A DNA stretch of 64,000 nt. Origin: Octopus bimaculoides (lineage: Eukaryota). Location: assembly GCF_001194135.2 (NCBI RefSeq), contig NC_068987.1:103879410-103943409 (forward strand), given 5' to 3'. Below, in pieces: positions 63,896 to 64,000 of this stretch (position 1 is its first letter; every line of letters starts with the position of its first letter). The notes under the pieces were generated by a model. That model was not told the DNA's origin, did not search any database, and was given only the letters and a program-made list of their open reading frames with translations. The position numbers and the translations under genes were made by a program.

Positions 63896-64000
63896 CTATT
63901 ATTATATAAATTTGGAAGAAGATGCTAAGAGCTAAGCTATGATAGAAAACAAGAGTTGGCTTATTAAAAATTATTGTTATATCATTAACATTCTTTTACT

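Overview
AT-rich, intron-rich animal genomic DNA with six N-gaps; no prokaryotic operon or CRISPR features. The repeat families resemble those I recall from octopus/coleoid cephalopod DNA (recognition only, not verified). One complete gene is present on +: eIF3b (translation initiation factor 3 subunit B), 17 coding exons at 8548-37223. I joined all exons by hand: every intron is GT-AG, the frame is consistent, and the CDS is 2118 nt (705 aa). The first coding exon of a mitochondrial thiamine-pyrophosphate carrier (SLC25A19-like) lies on - at 391-519, oriented divergently and running off the left edge. The rest is mostly transposon debris: a decayed RTE-type LINE plus many 3'-end copies, several tRNA-derived SINE families, TTAA-flanked piggyBac-like MITEs, a near full-length dead DD34D mariner, Helitron-like fragments and mini/microsatellites. 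I found no convincing novel multi-gene system. The most unusual items are a TIR-bounded element carrying head-to-head telomeric repeats in the divergent promoter region, a near-identical ~450 bp direct duplication bracketing eIF3b exon 2, and a GC-rich 176-codon ORF with an antisense exon-like frame just 3' of the eIF3b stop.
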